Below, piece after piece: positions 27,115-42,187 of a DNA stretch of 64,000 nucleotides. Origin of the DNA: Eledone cirrhosa. Lineage: Eukaryota. The position numbers and the translations under genes were made by a program. The notes under the pieces were generated by a model, which worked only from the letters and a program-made list of their open reading frames with translations, did no database searches and was not told the DNA's origin. Within the stretch, counting starts at the first letter, position 1. The number at the start of each line of letters is the position of its first letter. The stretch is from assembly GCA_964016885.1 (NCBI GenBank), contig CAXHJY010000300.1, positions 10,781-74,780 of the forward strand, in the 5' to 3' direction.

Positions 27115-29080
27115 TCAGGAAAAAACAACAAAGAATCGCAGAAACATGACTGTCGTGTGGCTGGACTATCAAAAAGCATTTGATAGTGTACCTCATGGGT
27201 GGATTGTTAAGGCTTTACAGTTAGCTAAAGTCCCACAACCATTGGTAGCTGCTGTTGAACGCCTGACCAAGAACTGGTACACCAGTTTGATCCTTAGAGG
27301 TGAGAAGGAGCAGGTTAAGACTGATAAGATACATTACCAGAAGGGCATCTTTCAGGGTGATAGCTTGTCAGTGCTACTCTTCGTTCTCTCACTGAATCCA
27401 CTATCTTACCTACTCAGGAAACAAGGTGGACAAAGAAGTGGGACCAGAAGTATCTCCCATCTTTTCTTTGTTGATGACCTGAAGTTGTATGGGCCAAATA
27501 TCAATGACATCAAGAAACAATTGGACCTCATTACACAATTTTCAACCGACATCAAAATGAAATTTGGTGAGTCCAAGTGTGCATATTTGGCAGTAAAACG
27601 TGGAAGAGCTGTGCCCTCCTCTAGAAATCTAGAGATGAACGGCCTGACAATACAACCTCTGCAGTCAGGTGACAACTACAGATATCTTGGACAGGATGAG
27701 AATGTCAGATATGATGGACCCATAAATAAGGAGAGAACCAGAACTGAATACCTCAGAAGAGTAAAGAAAATATGGTCATCAGAACTGTCAGCATACAACA
27801 AATACATTGCCCACAATACTTATGCTGTGCCAATTCTAACGCCAACATTTGGCCTACTGAACTGGTCATTGCAAGAACTAAGTGAGATGGATGTTAGAAC
27901 TCGAAAACTTTTCAGTGTTACTGGGAACTTTAACATCAATGCTGATGTGGATAGGCTATACTTCTCACGCAAGGAAGGTGGCCGGGGTCTAAAATCAATA
28001 TTAACAACATATGAGACCCGGATAGTGACACTGAAGCAACACCTTCAACAGAGGAAAAAGGTTGGCAACCATCTTGCCCAGGTTTATGACCATGAAAAAA
28101 GAAATATCATTAGAATAGCGACTGATCTGGAGGAGAGATATGGAATAAAGCCCGATATAAATCTCTCACCCAGAGAAATCGGAAGATCCTATTCAATGTT
28201 CAAACAAGAAAAAAAAATTGACCAATTTACAGAAAAAGTTGTGCATGGATACTTGAGGCGTAAAACACAGACCATAGAGGGGATAAACCACTCAAAAAGC
28301 CTGGCATGGAGTTCCGACAAGTTTATGACATCACACATTGAGGGATATCTCTATGCAATACAGGAACAAGAACTCCCTACCAAATATCTGCTGCACAAAA
28401 GAGGAGGGCCAGCAGCTGACAATAAATGTAGGCTATGTAAAACAAAGATCGAGGATGTAAGCCACATTGTTGCCAGCTGCGAAAGAATGTCATCTCGCTA
28501 CTACCTCCCCATGAGACACGATGGGATAGCTAGAACCATCTGGAACGCACTTCGGAAAACAAAATCAACAACAAACGAGGAAGAATATATTGAGACAGAT
28601 GGCACTAAGGAATACTGGTGGAACCTGAAAATAAAAACTGCCACCAAATTAAAGCACAACCGGCCTGATATTGTAGTTTGGGACCACACATTGAAAACGT
28701 GTTCTGTTGTGGAGATCAGCTGCCCACTTGATGTAAACGTTGTCAGAAAAATACAGGAGAAGGAGGACATCTACGGACCATTGATGAGGAGTTTACAAAT
28801 CCAGTATCCAAGATACACCTTTAGCTTCATACCCATCATTATTGGTGCTACGGGTTATATACCAACCCGCTTGGACCAAAGCATGACTGAACTTGGATTT
28901 GCGGACAAAAAGCGCAGATCCCTAATTCATAGTCTACAAATGGCTGCGATAGCTGGCACCTTCAAAATTTGCAAAACATTCTTGCAATTCAAGGGATGAC
29001 AATTTCTTTTCTTTTACAACCTTGCCACCAGGAAGGTGGCCGGTCAAAAAATATACTCAAAATTAAGAGAAAGAGAAAAC
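27115..29080 (+). mobile_element. R4/Dong-clade non-LTR retrotransposon copy 1, 5'-truncated
   Basis: See the CDS entry. The short 3' UTR has hairpin GCCACC-aggaa-GGTGGC. Flanked by TA/TACA repeats. Confidence 0.88.
27146..28999 (+). CDS. RT plus CCHC zinc knuckle plus restriction-like endonuclease (partial, uninterrupted)
   Basis: [50 protein letters not shown]...HIVASC, RHD, RPDIV...VEISCP...K. Confidence 0.9.
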   Translation: MTVVWLDYQKAFDSVPHGWIVKALQLAKVPQPLVAAVERLTKNWYTSLILRGEKEQVKTDKIHYQKGIFQGDSLSVLLFVLSLNPLSYLLRKQGGQRSGTRSISHLFFVDDLKLYGPNINDIKKQLDLITQFSTDIKMKFGESKCAYLAVKRGRAVPSSRNLEMNGLTIQPLQSGDNYRYLGQDENVRYDGPINKERTRTEYLRRVKKIWSSELSAYNKYIAHNTYAVPILTPTFGLLNWSLQELSEMDVRTRKLFSVTGNFNINADVDRLYFSRKEGGRGLKSILTTYETRIVTLKQHLQQRKKVGNHLAQVYDHEKRNIIRIATDLEERYGIKPDINLSPREIGRSYSMFKQEKKIDQFTEKVVHGYLRRKTQTIEGINHSKSLAWSSDKFMTSHIEGYLYAIQEQELPTKYLLHKRGGPAADNKCRLCKTKIEDVSHIVASCERMSSRYYLPMRHDGIARTIWNALRKTKSTTNEEEYIETDGTKEYWWNLKIKTATKLKHNRPDIVVWDHTLKTCSVVEISCPLDVNVVRKIQEKEDIYGPLMRSLQIQYPRYTFSFIPIIIGATGYIPTRLDQSMTELGFADKKRRSLIHSLQMAAIAGTFKICKTFLQFKG

Positions 29081-29113
29081 ATATACATACATATACATAT
29101 ATATATATATACA

Positions 29114-29144
<31 letters not shown>

Positions 29145-29846
29145 ACATACATATACATATATATATATATACATATACATATATACATACATATACATAT
29201 ATATACATACATATACATATATATATATATATACATACATATACATATATACATACATATACATATATATATATATACATACATATACATATATATATAT
29301 ATACATACATATACATATATACATACATATACATATATATATATATACATACATATACATATATATATATATATACATACATATACATATATATATATAT
29401 ACACATACATATACATATATATATATATACAAACATATACATATATATATATATACAAACATATACATATATACATACATATACATATATATATATATAC
29501 ACATATATATATATACATACATATACATATATACATACATATACATATATACATACATATACATACATATATATATATACATACATATACATATATATAT
29601 ACATACATATACATATATATATATACATACATATATACATACATATACATATATATATATACATACATATACCTATATATATACATATACCTATATATAT
29701 ATACATACATATACATATATATATACACTTACAAATACATATACATATACATATATACATACATACACATATATATATATATACATATACATACACATAT
29801 ATATATATATACATATACATACACATATATATATATATACATATAC

Positions 29847-29878
<32 letters not shown>

Positions 29879-30165
29879 ATATATATACATATACATACAT
29901 ATATATATATATACATATACATACATATATATATATATACATATACATACATATATATATACATACATATACATATATATATACATACATATACATATAC
30001 ATACATATATATATATATACATACATATACATATATATACATACATATACATATATATATACATACATACATATATATATACATACATATATATATACAT
30101 ACATATATATATATATACATACATATACATATATATATACATACATATACATATATATATATATA

Positions 30166-30702
30166 CATGGTGGCTGCCAACTCGTTTTCGAGTACGGCCA
30201 CTACTTTATATCCATGTAGGAGAACCCTTACCGATGCGCTGAACGAGTGTGACTTTTTAGTCCAGCCAGCGACTTAAAAACTCTGGTACAAACACTTCAC
30301 TTGTGACAATTATTGACACATAGTGTTGGGCCCATGGTACCATGTGATGACAAGTGCAGAGAGATCTCCAGATATAAAGCAATGCCTGTGCCCTGAAGCT
30401 TTTATAGTGAGCAAAGGCACTGCACAAAGCCAGTCCCACTCTCTTAACCAAGATGATATTTACCAAAAAGAAGGACAAGTCAACATCATTGGATACCATC
30501 AGGGTTGCAGGTGTTATATCAGAGTTTTCCTTCTCCTAGAATTCTGCCTTGATAAAGGCTAAGTGGTCATCTCTCCCGGTGATTTTGGATGGCCATTGAC
30601 TCTTAAGAGCTCCTTTGCCCTTTGACAGGCTTTGTTTTTAGTCCTGCAGGATGTCCAAAGTCACCCTCCTCACCAAGAAACCTTGGTGGGGTTGCCAGTT
30701 TA
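30166..30702 (-). mobile_element. Non-autonomous bipartite RTE-derived element copy 1
   Basis: Matches 30726-31330 and 44669-45244. RTE-type 5' UTR motif CTAGGAGAAGGAAAACTCTGA is joined to a C2H2-coding 3' end. Confidence 0.65.
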
Positions 30703-30725
30703 CATACATATATATATACATACAT

Positions 30726-31330
30726 ATGGTGGCTGCCAACTCGTTTTCGAGTACGGCCACTACTTTATATCCATGTAGGAGAACCCCTACCGATGCGCTG
30801 AACAAGTGCGACTTTTTAGTCCAGCCAGCGACTTGAAAACTCTGGTACAAACACTACACTTGTGACAATTATTGACATAGTGCTGGGCCCATGGTACCAT
30901 GTGACGACAAGTGCGGAGAGATCTCCAGATATAAAGCAATGCCTGTGCCGTGAAGCTTTTATAGTGAGCAAAGGCACTGCACAAAGCCAGTCCCACTCTC
31001 TTAACCAAGATGATATTTACCAAAAAGGACAAGTCAATATCATTGGATACCATCAGGGTTGCAGGTGTTATATCAGAGTTTTCCTTCTCCTAGAATTCTG
31101 CCTTGACAAAGGCTAAGGGGTCATCTCTCCCGGTGATTTTGAATGGTCATTGACTCTTAAGAGCTCCTTTGCCCTTTGACAGGTTTTGTTTTTAGTCCTG
31201 CAGGATGTCCAAAGTCACCCTCCTCACCAAGAAACCTTGGTGGGGTTGCCAGTTTAGTCGCCAACGACCCGACCATGGGACAGGTTGTACTGGGATACAT
31301 GTTACCAGTAGCACCAACTGGTGACCTGAC
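30726..31330 (-). mobile_element. Non-autonomous bipartite RTE-derived element copy 2 (longest 5' end)
   Basis: The minus strand encodes [25 protein letters not shown]. Terminal hairpin ACTCG-aaaa-CGAGT, then CAGCCACCAT. Confidence 0.65.
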
Positions 31331-31535
31331 ATATGTATATATACATACATATACATATATGACATATGTATATATACATACATATACATATATATATACA
31401 TACATATATATATATATACATATACATATATATATATACATATACATATATATATATACATACATATATATATATACATACATATATATATATACATATA
31501 CATATATACATATACATATATATATATACATATAC

Positions 31536-31598
<63 letters not shown>

Positions 31599-31647
31599 CA
31601 TATATATATACATATATATATATATACATACATATATATATACATAC

Positions 31648-31694
<47 letters not shown>

Positions 31695-31987
31695 CATATA
31701 TATATACATATATATATATATACATATATATATACATATATATATATATACATACATATACATATATATAGATATATACATACATATACATATATATATA
31801 TATACACATACATACATATATATATATATACATACATATACATATATATATATACACATACATATATATATATATAGATATATATATATACATACATATA
31901 TATATATATACATATACATATATATATATATACATACATATACATATATATATATACACATACATACATATACATATATATATATAC

Positions 31988-32018
<31 letters not shown>

Positions 32019-32809
32019 CATACATATACATATATATATATACACATACATATATATATATATACATATATATACATATATATATACATATACATACATA
32101 TACATATATATATACATATACATACATATATATATACATACATATACATATATATATATACATATACATACATATATATATATATATACATACATATACA
32201 TATATATATACATACATATACATATATATATACATACATATACATATATATATATATACACATACATATACATATATATATATATATACATACAAATTCA
32301 TATATATATATACACATACATATACATATATATATACATGTATATATATATACATACATATATACATATATATATATATACATACATATACATATACATA
32401 TATATATACATATACATATATATATACATATATATATATACATACATATACATATATATATATACATACATATACATATATATATACATACTTATACATA
32501 TATATACACATACATATACATATATATACACATACATATACATATATATATACATACATATACATATATATATACATACATATACATATACATACATATA
32601 CATATACATACATACATATACATATATATATACATACATATACATATATATATACATACATATACATATATATACATACATATACATATATATATACATA
32701 CATATACATATATATATATATCTATATACATACATATACATATATATACATACATATACATATATATAATTATATATACATACATATACATATATATACA
32801 TACATATAC

Positions 32810-32841
<32 letters not shown>

Positions 32842-32861
32842 ATATATATACATACATATAC

Positions 32862-32893
<32 letters not shown>

Positions 32894-33045
32894 ATATATA
32901 TACATACATATACATATATATATATACATACATATACATATACATATATATATATATATACATATACGTATATATACATATATATACATATTCATATATA
33001 TATACATATACATATATATATATACATATACATATATACATATAC

Positions 33046-33108
<63 letters not shown>

Positions 33109-33367
33109 CATATACATATATATATACATACACATATATATGTACATACACATATATACATACATATACATATATATATACATACACATATATACATACA
33201 TATACATATATATTTACATACATACACATATATATATACATATACATATACATATAGATATATATATATACATATATATATATACATACATACACATTTA
33301 TATATATACATACATACATATATATATACATACATGCATATATATATACATACATACATACATACAC

Positions 33368-33410
<43 letters not shown>

Positions 33411-33500
33411 CACATATATATATACATATATATATACATATATATATATATATACATACATACATATATACATACATATATATATATATACATACATACA
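31331..33500. repeat. (TA)n/(TACA)n microsatellite tract
   Basis: Direct reading. C-interrupted on the plus strand almost throughout. Confidence 0.95.
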
Positions 33501-35100
33501 TTGTTGTATGGGCCAAATATCAATGACATCAAGAAACAATTGGACCTCATTACACAATTTTCAACCGACATCAAAATGAAATTTGGTGAGTCCAAGTGTG
33601 CATATTTGGCAGTAAAACGTGGAAGAGCTGTGCCCTCCTCTAGAAATCTAGATATGAACGGCCTGACAATACAACCTCTGCAGTCAGGTGACAACTACAG
33701 ATATCTTGGACAGGATGAGAATGTCAGATATGATGGACCCATAAATAAGGAGAGAACCAGAACTGAATACCTCAGAAGAGTAAAGAAAATATGGTCATCA
33801 GAACTGTCAGCATACAACAAATACATTGCCCACAATACCTATGCTGTGCCAATTCTAACGCCAACATTTGGCCTACTGAACTGGTCATTGCAAGAACTAA
33901 GTGAGATGGATGTTAGAACTCGCAAACTTCTCAGTGTTACTGGTAACTTTAACATCAATGGTGATGTGGATAGGCTATACTTCTCACGCAAGGAAGGTGG
34001 CCGGGGTCTAAAATCAATATTAACAACATATGAGACCCGGATAGTAACACTGAAGCAACACCTTCAACAGAGGAAAAAGGTTGGCGACCATCTTGCTCAG
34101 GTTTATGAGCATGAAAAAAGAAATATCATTAGAATAGCGACTGATCTGGAGGAGAGATATGGAATAAAGCCTGATATAAATCTCTCACCCAGAGTAATCG
34201 GAAGATCCTATTCAATGTTCAAACAAGAAAAAAAAATTGACCAATTTACAGAGAAAGTTGTGCATGGATACTTGAGGCGTAAAACACAGACCATAGAGGG
34301 GATAAACCACTCAAAAAGCCTGGCATGGAGTTCCGACAAGTTTATGACATCACACCTTGAGGGATATCTCTATGCAATACAAGAACAAGAACTCCCTACC
34401 AAATATCTGCTGCACAAAAGAGGAGGGCCAGCAGCTGACAATAAATGTAGGCTATGTAAAACAAAGATCGAGGATGTAAGCCACATTGTTGCCAGCTGCG
34501 AAAGAATGTCATCTCGCTACTACTTCCCCATGAGACACGATGGGATAGCTAGAACTATCTGGAACGCACTTCGGAAAACAAAATTAACAACAAACGAGGA
34601 AGAATATATTGAGACAGATGGCACTAAGGAATACTGGTGGAACCTGAAAATAAAAACTGCCACCAAATTAAAGCACAACCGGCCTGATATTGTAGTTTGG
34701 GACCACACATTGAAAACGTGTTCTGTTGTGGAGATCAGCTGCCCACTTGATGTAAACGTTGTCAGAAAAATACAGGAGAAGGAGGACATCTACGGACCAT
34801 TGATGAGGAGCTTACAAATCCAGTATCCAAGATACACCTTTAGCTTCATACCCATCATTATTGGTGCTACGGGTTATATACCAACCCGCTTGGACCAAAG
34901 TATGACCGAACTTGGATTTGCGGACAAAAAGCGCAGCTCCCTAATTCATAGTCTACAAATGGCTGCGATAGCTGGCACCTTCAAAATATGCAAAACATTC
35001 TTGCGATTCAAGGGATGACAATTTCTTTTCTTTTACAACCTTGCCACCAGGAAGGTGGCCGGTCAAAAAAATATACTCGAAATTAAGAGAAAGAGAAAAC
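33501..35100 (+). mobile_element. R4/Dong-clade element copy 2, 5'-truncated just after the catalytic motif
   Basis: Open frame 33501-35018 is nearly identical to copy 1. Same 3' end AGAGAAAAC followed by ATAC repeats. Confidence 0.88.
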
Positions 35101-35482
35101 ATACATACACATATATATATATATATATACGTACATATATATATATATGCATACATACATATATATATATATATATATACATACATACATATATATATAT
35201 ACATACATAGATATATATATATACATACATATATATATATACATATACATACATATATATACATATACATACATATATATACATATACATACATATACAT
35301 ATATATACAAACATATATATATATACATATACATACATATATATACATATACATACATATACATATATATACAACCATATATACATATATACATATACAT
35401 ATATATATACATATACATATATATACATATATATAAATACATATATATATATATACATACATATATACTTATATACATATAC

Positions 35483-35516
<34 letters not shown>

Positions 35517-36395
35517 ACATATATATAAATACATATATATATATATACATACATATATACATATACATATATACATATATATATATGTGTGAATGAAGTA
35601 ATTCCGTCGGAAAAGTCCAGGAAAAAAGAGTGCTCTATGTAAGCAACAGAGCTTAATTATTATTATGTAATAAACAACATAAGGCAATTATTCCATTTAC
35701 CAGTGGTATCTTAAAAGCAAAAGGTTTTGCTTTCAATCCTCAGAATGAAAAAATCCTGGTTTGTTTATTGAATTTGGATCTTAAAAAAACAAAAAAAGCA
35801 AGCTATATGAAAGTGAGGCTGGAGAAGGAAGAAGGAAAGGAAAAATAAAATAAGACTACACATACAACCACACATACACGAAAACACATAAAAGCACACA
35901 CACACACACACATACACACACACGCATACACACACACGTTATTCCGGGTTAAATCGGAGGCAGCCACAGTAAGCAAGGCACTCAGTACACCGCAGAGCAT
36001 GAAAGTTTTAATATAGATGAGAATCTGTATATGTATACAAACACATACATACCCCCCCCCCACACACACGCATGCGTATGCGCGCACGCACGCACGCGTA
36101 TACAAATATAAATATATTTCCCCCATACACATGTGTGTGCGTGCAAGTGTCTCGTGAATTAGATTATACTTAGAAAATGTCTACAGAATTCCCTAAACCT
36201 TCGTCAATTTACTAGAACCTTTAAGAATTTAGCTTTTAAGGAATCTCCCCTTCCTCCAAATCTATATGCCATGACTGACCCCATACTGATCTTACAGACA
36301 CCTGTAAGCTAAAGAGAAACCTAATGATAAGGATTGATCTGAATACAGAAATCTGTCTGCCTTTGTTCCTCTAAGAACAAACATATACAAACATT

Positions 36396-36434
<39 letters not shown>

Positions 36435-36611
36435 CATATCTACACACAGACACGCATACATATATATATATACACACACACACACATGCATATATACACA
36501 CACATATACACACACACACACACATATACACGCATATATATACATACATATATATATATATGCGCGTGCGTACACGCATACACATACGTACACATAGCCA
36601 TACCCACACAC

Positions 36612-36657
<46 letters not shown>

Positions 36658-37412
36658 CATACATACATTCACACAATCAAACATATATACACACGTACAT
36701 GCATACACATACATAAATGCACTCCTCTACATATTCACACACGCAAATAAATATAGGAAAAAAAATATATATATATATATATATATATTATAAAAACATT
36801 GAGACCGTTACATGAGGCAGCAAACTGGACAGACAAGCGTGGTAAGAAACACAGACAAAAGCACATATACATACGCACGAAATAGTCAACGCATTCACAC
36901 ACTCTCACACATAAAAAGAATTTCAAATACAAATACAAAAACGCATACATACGCATACATGCAAAACCACGCACAAGTGTACAATCTATACACACACACA
37001 CACGTGTATACAACTATATGCACACACATATATGCATACATATACACACATATATATATACATAAATACAAACGTACACACAGACATATATATACACGTA
37101 CACATACACACACATATACATACATAGCTAAACAATTATACACATACAAATACGTATATATAGTAGTAAAGTATTATAGCAACATAAGTTAATTATTCCA
37201 TTTACCAAGGGTTTCTTAACAGCAAAAAGTTTTTTCCTAGAATCTTCAGGATGAGAGAAACCTGGCTTATCCACACATACACATATATACACACACACAC
37301 AAATACATACACATATGAAGACATACACACAGGCACACACACACATACGTATAAACATATATACATACACACATACACACACATACACACACATATCTAT
37401 ATGTATATATAT

Positions 37413-37469
<57 letters not shown>

Positions 37470-37789
37470 AACATACATACACATACACATAGGTATGTGG
37501 AGGGCAAGGCAAAAAGAATATATGTGGGGGGGGGGGGGGGGGGCGCATAGGAGAAGGTAAAATATAAGGGGAGGTAAGGGAGAAAAAAATATATAATAAA
37601 TGTAAGTATACAAGAGTACAGAACGTAGAAGCAGTAAAATAAAAGCCGTAGCAGAAGTAAAGAGCAGGAGAGGAGTTCAAGGACACTCATAGGAGTCTCA
37701 ATCCAGTTACAGATCAGGTGCGGTCTCAGATGAGGACAGTATCTGAAGATCTCAGTCTTTGAATTAAGGCAAGCGGAAGTGTCTCTCAA

Positions 37790-38220
37790 TGATGTAACAC
37801 TAAATCTGTCGTTTATGAGGCTACGATAACACCAGTAATCAACAACCAGCCAGCCAGGAGTGAGCGATATGTCGGTATGACCCAGGACAGGTTTAAAACC
37901 AGATTTTACTCACATGTCGCTTCTTTTAAGCACTCCGATAAACGAACATCAACGGCCCTCGCAAGTAAGGTGTGGGAACTCAAGGATAGTAACATCCCGT
38001 ACTCTATTGATTGGTCTATATTAGACCATTCGAGGGAGTACCAAAGGGGCACAAAGAATTGTTCTTTGTGTACCACAGAAAAGTATAGGATTTTGCTAAA
38101 CTTGAGAGACACTTCCGCTTGCCTTAATTCAAAGACTGAGATCTTCAGATGCTGTCCTCATCTGAGACCGCACCTGATCTGTAACTGGATTGACACTCCT
38201 ATGAGAAATCAACCGCCTTG
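37790..38220 (+). pseudogene. PLE GIY-YIG endonuclease domain (Nematis-like)
   Basis: CNTKSVVYEATI...RYVGMTQDRFKTRFYSH...STALASKVWELK...WSIL...CSLCTTEKYRI...LNSKTEIFRCCPH. Confidence 0.88.
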
Positions 38221-38599
38221 CACTCCTTCTCCCGCTCTTTACTTCTGCTACGGCTTTTATTTTACTGTTTCTACGTTCTGTACTCTTGTATACTTACATT
38301 TATTATATATTTTTTTCTCCCTTACCTCCCCTTATATTTTACCTTCTCCTATGCGCTCCCCCCCCCCCACATATATTCTTTTTGCCTTGCCCTCCACATA
38401 CCTATGTGTATGTGTATGTAAGTTTGTGTGTGTATATATATATGTGTGTGTATATATATATACATATAGATATGTGTGTGTATGTGTGTATGTATATGTT
38501 TATACGTATGTGTGTGTGTGCCTGTGTGTATGTATTTATATGTGTATGTATCTGTGTGTGTGTGTGTATATATGTGTATGTGTGGATAAGCCAGGTTTC

Positions 38600-38660
38600 T
38601 CTCATCCTGAAGATTGTAGGAAAATTTTTTTTGCTGTTAAGAAACCCTTGGTAAATGGAA
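38600..38660 (+). ncRNA. Degenerate hammerhead paralogous to family H; inverted copy at 37196-37256
   Basis: CAT c-CTGAAGA-TT...AA-GAA-ACC ctt GGT-A-AATGGAATAATTGCCTTATGTTG. Same downstream sequence as the 40504 copy, with weakened stems. Confidence 0.55.
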
Positions 38661-38828
38661 TAATTGCCTTATGTTGCTTTAATACTTTACTACTATATAT
38701 ACGTATATGTAAGGTCCTTATGATTTATCTAAGATTGAGTTTTACATACACACACGCATATACGTGTGTGTATGCGTATGCATGTGTGTGTGCGTGGTTG
38801 TGTGTATGTGTGTATATGTGTATATGCA

Positions 38829-38869
<41 letters not shown>

Positions 38870-39484
38870 ATATGTGTGTGTGTACATATGTGCGTGTGTA
38901 TATATTGATAATTGTATATGTGTGTGTGTGTGTGTATATATGTGTGTGTGTGTGTTTGTGTTCTGTTGTGCGTGTTTATGATATATACGTATTTGTATGT
39001 GTATAATTGTTTAGCTATGTATGTATATGTGTGTGTATGTGTACGTGTATATATATGTGTGTGTGTACGTTTGTATTTATGTATATATATATGTGTGTAT
39101 ATGTATGCATATATGTGTGTGTGCATATAGTTGTATACACGTGTGTGTGTGTGTATAGATTGTACACTTGTGCGTGGTTTTGCATGTATGCGTATGTATG
39201 CGTTTTTGTATTTGTATTTGAAATTCTTTTTATGTGTGAGAGTGTGTGAATGCGTTGACTATTTCGTGCGTATGTATATGTGCTTTTGTCTGTGTTTCTT
39301 ACCACGCTTGTCTGTCCAGTTTGCTGCCTGATGTAACGGTCTCAATGTTTTTATAATATATATATATATATATATTTTTTTTCCCCTATATTTATTTGCG
39401 TGTGTGAATATGTAGAGGAGTGCATTTATGTATGTGTATGCATGTACGTGTGTATATATGTTTGATTGTGTGAATGTATGTATG

Positions 39485-39524
<40 letters not shown>

Positions 39525-39712
39525 GGTATGGCTATGTGTACGTATGTGTATGCGTGTACGCACGCGCATATATATATATATGTATGTATATATATGCGTG
39601 TGTGTGTGTGTGTGTGTATATGTATGTGTATATATGCATGTGTGTGTGTGTGTATGTGTGTGTGTATGTGTGTGTGTATATATATATATGTATGCGCGTG
39701 TGTGTGTAGATA

Positions 39713-39762
<50 letters not shown>

Positions 39763-40094
39763 AATGTTTGTATATGTTTGTTCTTAGAGGAACAAAGGCA
39801 GACAGATTTCTGTATTCAGATTGGAGCCAATCCTTATCATTAGGTTTCTCTTTAGCTTACAGGTGTCTGTAAGATCAGTATGGGGTCAGTCATGGTAAAT
39901 AGATTTGGAGGAAGGGGAGATTCCTTAAATGCTAAATTCTTAAAGGTTCTAGTAAATTGACGAAGGTTTAGGGAATTCTGTAGACATTTTCTAAGTATAA
40001 TCTAATTCACGAGACACTTGCACGCACACACATGTGTATGGGGGAAATATATTTATATTTGTATACGCGTGCGTGCGTGCGCGCATACGTATGC

Positions 40095-40170
<76 letters not shown>

Positions 40171-40305
40171 GTTTGTATACATATACAGATTCTCATCTAT
40201 ATTAAAACTTTCATGCTCTGCGGTGTACTGAGTGCCTAGCTTACTGTGGCTGCCTCCGATTCAACCCGGAATAACGTGTGTTTGTATGCGTGTGTGTGTA
40301 TGTGT

Positions 40306-40361
<56 letters not shown>

Positions 40362-40503
40362 TTTATGTGTTTTCGTGTATGTGTGGTTGTATGTGCAGTC
40401 TTATTTTATTTTTCCTTTCCTTCTTCCTTCTCCAGCCTCACTTTCATATAGCTTGCTTTTTTTGTTTTTTTAAGATCCAAATTCAATAAACAAACCAGGA
40501 TTT

Positions 40504-40563
40504 TTTCATTTTGAGGATTGAAAGCAAAACCTTTTGCTTTTAAGAAACCACTGGTAAATGGAA
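40504..40563 (+). ncRNA. Type I hammerhead (family H); inverted copy at 35691-35750
   Basis: TTTCATT-TTGAGGA-TTGAAAGCAAAA cc TTTTGCTTTTAA-GAA-ACCA c TGGT-A-AATGGAA. The inverted copy has CTGAGGA but GATA in place of GAAA. Confidence 0.7.
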
Positions 40564-40629
40564 TAATTGCCTTATGTTGTTTATTACATAATAATATATA
40601 TATATATATATACATATATATATACATAC

Positions 40630-40660
<31 letters not shown>

Positions 40661-41047
40661 CATATATATATATATACATATAGAGATATATATACATACA
40701 TATATATATACATATAGATATATATATACATACATATATACATATAGATATATATATACATACATATATATATATATATACATACATACATATATACATA
40801 CATACATATACATACATACATATACATATATATATATACATATACATATATATATATACATATATATATATATACATATACATATATATATATACATACA
40901 TATACATATATATATATCCATACATATACATATATATATATCCATACATATACACATACATATACATATATATACATACATATACACATACATATAGGTA
41001 TGTATATGTATATATATATATGTATGTATATATATATGTATGTATGC

Positions 41048-41084
<37 letters not shown>

Positions 41085-41179
41085 TGTATGTATATATATA
41101 TGTATGTATGTATGTATATATATATATATGTATGTATGTATATATATATATATGTATGTATGCATATATATATATATGA

Positions 41180-41497
41180 AAAATGGCGTAGGATAGAAGA
41201 AAGGAAAGGCACAGAAACGAAGAAAGAAATCCCCAGTCACTGAAGAGGTCACAGAGTGTGTGACGAAAGAACTATGACTATATATATATAAACAACTATC
41301 TGGTTGTGGAACCAACCAACCAACCAGAAATTTATAAATTTGTAAATTTATAAATATATATTAAATTAAATTGAAGTGAAAGCAACTGGTGCGTGTGTTT
41401 CTTATTGGCAACATGACCCTCCCAAAGTATAACAATATCGGTTTCAACACACGATTTCAGATAAAGAATCTTGCTAAACAAATTCAGAAACGAAACA
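41180..41497 (+). mobile_element. Solo ~320-bp family A HHR element in (TA)n
   Basis: Starts at AAAATGGCGTAGG like the 7404 arm. HHR at 41235-41279. Confidence 0.85.
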
Positions 41498-41863
41498 TAT
41501 ATATATACATATATATATATACATACATATACATATATATATATACATACATATACATATATATACATATATATATATATACATACATATACATATATAT
41601 ACATATATATATACATACATATACATATATATACATATATATATATATACATACATATACATATATATACATATATATATATACATACATATACATATAT
41701 ATACATATATATATATACATACATATACATATATACATACATATACATATATATACATATATATATATACATACATATACATATATACATACATATACAT
41801 ATATATACATATATATATATACATACATATACATATATACATACATATACATATATATACATA

Positions 41864-41901
<38 letters not shown>

Positions 41902-41911
41902 CATATACATA

Positions 41912-41959
<48 letters not shown>

Positions 41960-41960
41960 C

Positions 41961-42000
<40 letters not shown>

Positions 42001-42187
42001 ATATACATACATGTACATATATATATATATATATATATACATACATATATACAAATACATATATATACATCCATATATACATATATACATATACATATAT
42101 ATATATATATATATACGTATATATACATATATATAAATACATATATATATATATATACATACATATATACATATACATATATATATA

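Larger units (their letters stand above)
35592..40595 (+). mobile_element. PLE 3' remnant (GIY-YIG plus long TG-rich 3' region) with inverted copy
   Basis: ~35658-37789 is the reverse complement of 38102-40595, with indels. Unique spacer 37790-38101. Confidence 0.85.

Noticed and set aside
30787-31053. C2H2 zinc-finger host gene
   Set aside because: It is a single degenerate finger, frameshifted or mutated in each copy, lying at the 3' end of a dispersed repeat.
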